Shown piece after piece: positions 29,338-32,000 of a DNA stretch of 32,000 nucleotides (positions are counted from its first letter, which is position 1; each line of letters starts with the position of its first letter). This DNA comes from Nitrosomonas europaea (GTDB taxonomy: Bacteria; Pseudomonadota; Gammaproteobacteria; Burkholderiales; Nitrosomonadaceae): positions 120,001-152,000 of the forward strand of contig NZ_FUWK01000001.1 in assembly GCF_900167395.1 (NCBI RefSeq), read 5' to 3'. A program made the translations under genes and the position numbers. Under the pieces are notes generated by a model, which was not told where the DNA came from, made no database searches, and worked only from the letters and a program-made list of their open reading frames with translations.

Positions 29338-32000
29338 ATGTCATCCAAACTCAATCCACTTTCTTCGGAATCGCTGCCACGTTACACCGGTCTGGAAGGT
29401 TCCAGTGATGCCTGTGCCCTGGCGCGGCTGGCAAACCGGAATCCGGCTGGGCAGTTACTGGCGGTCATCACAGCCAGTGCACTGGATGCACAAAGATTGC
29501 TCGAGGAAATTCCCTTTTTCGCGCCCGATTTGCGCGTGAGCCTGTTGCCGGACTGGGAAACGCTGCCTTACGATATTTTTTCACCTCACCAGGATTTGAT
29601 TTCGGAACGTCTGGCTACTTTTTACCAGATTGCACACAACGCCTGCGATGTCCTGATCATTCCGGTTACGACCGCGTTGTACCGGATGCCGCCGCGAGAA
29701 TTTCTGGCGGCACATTCATTCTTCGTCAACCAGGGCAGCACGCTGGATCTGCAGTCATTTCGCAGTCAGATGTCACTGGCGGGCTATTCTCATGTATCGC
29801 AGGTGCTTTCACCGGGAGAATACAGTATCCGCGGGGGACTGATCGACCTGTTCCCGATGGGCAGCCCGCTGCCTTATCGTATCGATCTGTTCGACGATGA
29901 AATCGAATCGATACGCACTTTTGATGTCGATACGCAGCGCAGTATCTATCCGGTCAAGGAGATCCGGCTGCTGCCGGCGCGGGAATTTCCACTCGACGAT
30001 AACGGGCGCAGCCGATTCCGCACCGGATTCCGGGAAAAATTCGAGGGCGATCCCACACGCTGCAGGCTTTACCAGGAAATCAGCAAGGGCAATATTCCCG
30101 CCGGAATCGAATATTATCTGCCGCTTTTTTTCGAACAGACGGCCACGCTGTTCGATTACCTGGCGCAGCATTCCACAGTGTGTCTGCACGGGGAGATCAC
30201 ACCAGCCATCGAAAATTTCTGGCAGGATACCCGTTCACGCTATCAGTTGATGCGCAATGATCCGGATCGGCCTTTGCTTCCTCCGATGGATCTGTTTCTG
30301 CCGGAAGATCAGTTTTACGGCTACCTCAAATCATACAAACGAATAGAAATGCATACCGGGCAACAGGTAAAGACCGATAAGCCTTTTGCCCGTTCCCTTC
30401 CACCTGTACGCGTGGATCGTCGCGCTTCCAACCCGATCGAGCAGCTGACCGCTTTTGTCCATACATTTACGCAAAAGGGCGGACGGGTTTTACTACTGGC
30501 AGAAAGTATGGGGCGACGCGAGCTGATGGCGGAATACCTGCGCGAATATGGCCTGAAACTGAAACTCTGCGAGGATTTTGCTGCATTTCAGTCAGACACT
30601 GCCTCTTGCATGCTCAGTGTGGCTTCCCTGCACAGCGGTTTTATCCTTGCTGCTGAAAACCTGGCGCTGGTTACCGAAAACGAGCTGTATGCCACGCATG
30701 TACGCGGACAGCGTACACGTGATGCACGCAAGACTGTTTCGGCCGATTCCATTTTGCGTGATCTGTCCGAAATCAAGCCCGGCAGTCCGGTGGTACATGA
30801 ACAGCACGGTATCGGGCGTTATCTCGGGCTGGTCAACATGAATATGGGTGAGGATGATTCAGGCCAGTCCAGTGAATTTCTCGCTCTGGAATACCAGGGG
30901 GGAGATAAGCTGTATGTGCCGGTCACACAGCTTCATCTCATCAGCCGTTACAGTGGTGCCGCACCGGAAGCAGCCCCGCTGCACAAACTGGGAAGTGGCC
31001 AATGGGAAAAGGCCAAGCGCAAAGCGATGCAGCAGGTACGCGATACTGCCGCTGAACTGTTGAACCTGTATGCGCAACGCGCTGCCCGCAAAGGCCATAT
31101 ATTCCGGTTCAACCAGCATGATTACAATGCTTTTGCCGATGGTTTCGGTTTCGAGGAAACACCAGACCAAGCCACTGCCATCAATGCAGTCATTCAGGAT
31201 ATGGTGTCCGGCAAATCGATGGATCGGCTGATTTGTGGTGATGTCGGCTTCGGCAAAACAGAAGTTGCCCTGCGGGCAGCTTTTGTTGCAGTCACCGATG
31301 GCAAGCAGGTAGCCGTACTGGTTCCCACCACACTGCTGGCAGAACAGCATTATCAGAATTTCTCTGATCGTTTCGGGCTGATTGCTGATCAATGGCCGGT
31401 AAAAATTGCCGAGCTTTCACGTTTCCGTTCAGCTCGGGAACAGGCCGAAGCGCTGCAAAGCCTGGCGCAGGGGACAACTGACATCATCATCGGTACACAC
31501 AAACTGATTCAGGATAAGGTCAAATTCAAAAACCTGGGACTGGTCATCATCGATGAAGAACATCGTTTCGGAGTGCGTCAGAAAGAACAGCTCAAAAAAC
31601 TGCGTGCCGAAGTGGATGTACTGACGCTGACCGCAACACCCATCCCGCGCACGCTGGCGATGTCACTCGAAGGCCTCAGAGATTTTTCGGTGATTGCCAC
31701 TGCACCCCAGCGACGCCTGGCGATCCGGACATTCGTACACCCTTACTCGGAAGGAATCATCCGCGAAGCCTGTCTGCGTGAACTGAAACGCGGCGGGCAG
31801 ATCTATTTTCTTTACAATGAAGTCAGCACCATTCAGAACATGTATACCAGATTGACCACGCTGCTGCCGGAAGCAAGAATAAACATTGCGCACGGGCAAA
31901 TGCGGGAAAGTGAACTGGAACATGTCATGCGTGATTTCTACCAGCAGCGTTTCAATCTGCTGCTGTGTACGACCATCATTGAAACAGGGATAGACATTCC
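29338..32000 (+). CDS. mfd: Transcription-repair coupling factor Mfd, partial (the 3' end runs off the window end)
   Basis: Absent from the ORF track because it is open at the window edge. My translation from ATG 29338 gives MSSKLNPLSSESLPRYTGLEGSSDACALARL, the UvrB-homology module. It then reads the RNAP-interacting/CarD-like segment PGSPVVHEQHGIGRYLG and the helicase motifs GDVGFGKTEVALRAAF, DEEHRFGV and TLTATPIPRTL. The frame stays open to nt 32000. Confidence 0.95.
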   Translation, partial: MSSKLNPLSSESLPRYTGLEGSSDACALARLANRNPAGQLLAVITASALDAQRLLEEIPFFAPDLRVSLLPDWETLPYDIFSPHQDLISERLATFYQIAHNACDVLIIPVTTALYRMPPREFLAAHSFFVNQGSTLDLQSFRSQMSLAGYSHVSQVLSPGEYSIRGGLIDLFPMGSPLPYRIDLFDDEIESIRTFDVDTQRSIYPVKEIRLLPAREFPLDDNGRSRFRTGFREKFEGDPTRCRLYQEISKGNIPAGIEYYLPLFFEQTATLFDYLAQHSTVCLHGEITPAIENFWQDTRSRYQLMRNDPDRPLLPPMDLFLPEDQFYGYLKSYKRIEMHTGQQVKTDKPFARSLPPVRVDRRASNPIEQLTAFVHTFTQKGGRVLLLAESMGRRELMAEYLREYGLKLKLCEDFAAFQSDTASCMLSVASLHSGFILAAENLALVTENELYATHVRGQRTRDARKTVSADSILRDLSEIKPGSPVVHEQHGIGRYLGLVNMNMGEDDSGQSSEFLALEYQGGDKLYVPVTQLHLISRYSGAAPEAAPLHKLGSGQWEKAKRKAMQQVRDTAAELLNLYAQRAARKGHIFRFNQHDYNAFADGFGFEETPDQATAINAVIQDMVSGKSMDRLICGDVGFGKTEVALRAAFVAVTDGKQVAVLVPTTLLAEQHYQNFSDRFGLIADQWPVKIAELSRFRSAREQAEALQSLAQGTTDIIIGTHKLIQDKVKFKNLGLVIIDEEHRFGVRQKEQLKKLRAEVDVLTLTATPIPRTLAMSLEGLRDFSVIATAPQRRLAIRTFVHPYSEGIIREACLRELKRGGQIYFLYNEVSTIQNMYTRLTTLLPEARINIAHGQMRESELEHVMRDFYQQRFNLLLCTTIIETGIDI

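Noticed and set aside
30859-31392. A 177-aa minus-strand ORF inside the mfd region.
   Set aside because: The plus-strand frame here reads canonical Mfd helicase motifs (GDVGFGKTEVA). The minus-strand frame has no features.

Overview
The window reads as ordinary core chromosome of a betaproteobacterial ammonia oxidiser. The cytochrome P460 protein matches, from memory, the Nitrosomonas europaea sequence; this is unverified without a search. I can support 26 protein genes and one tRNA with almost no unassigned space. On the minus strand at the left are groES-groEL, an SDR gene, tRNA-Leu(TAG) and tig-clpP-clpX, with clpX running off the window start. Next come bioA, a beta-CASP metallo-beta-lactamase gene, a small lipoprotein cytochrome c, xthA, ald, creA, nnr and purL. 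These are followed by a secreted ChaN-PDZ protein and a kinase-lipoprotein-sigma54 activator operon. The right side holds trpG-trpD-trpC, cytochrome P460, recJ, an MgtC/DUF4010 membrane protein, and mfd running off the window end. Two genes are absent from the ORF track because they are open at the window edges: clpX (1..1103, minus strand) and mfd (29338..32000, plus strand). I shortened several track ORFs to better-supported start codons (bioA, cytochrome c, ald, creA, nnr, trpG, trpC, MgtC-like). Regulatory elements I can read directly are a perfect CIRCE operator with a sigma70-type promoter upstream of groES, and three intrinsic-terminator hairpins. I see no mobile elements, CRISPR arrays, prophage genes or recognisable defence genes, and I cannot honestly point to a convincing undescribed system. 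The best follow-up targets are four. First is the QseE/QseG/QseF-like three-gene signalling cassette, whose target is unknown, together with its ChaN-PDZ neighbour. Second is a YciK-like SDR with Phe in place of the catalytic Tyr. Third are two insertions in TrpC. Fourth are small unexplained non-coding elements: a 274-nt gap, a 16-bp direct repeat and a bulged palindrome.
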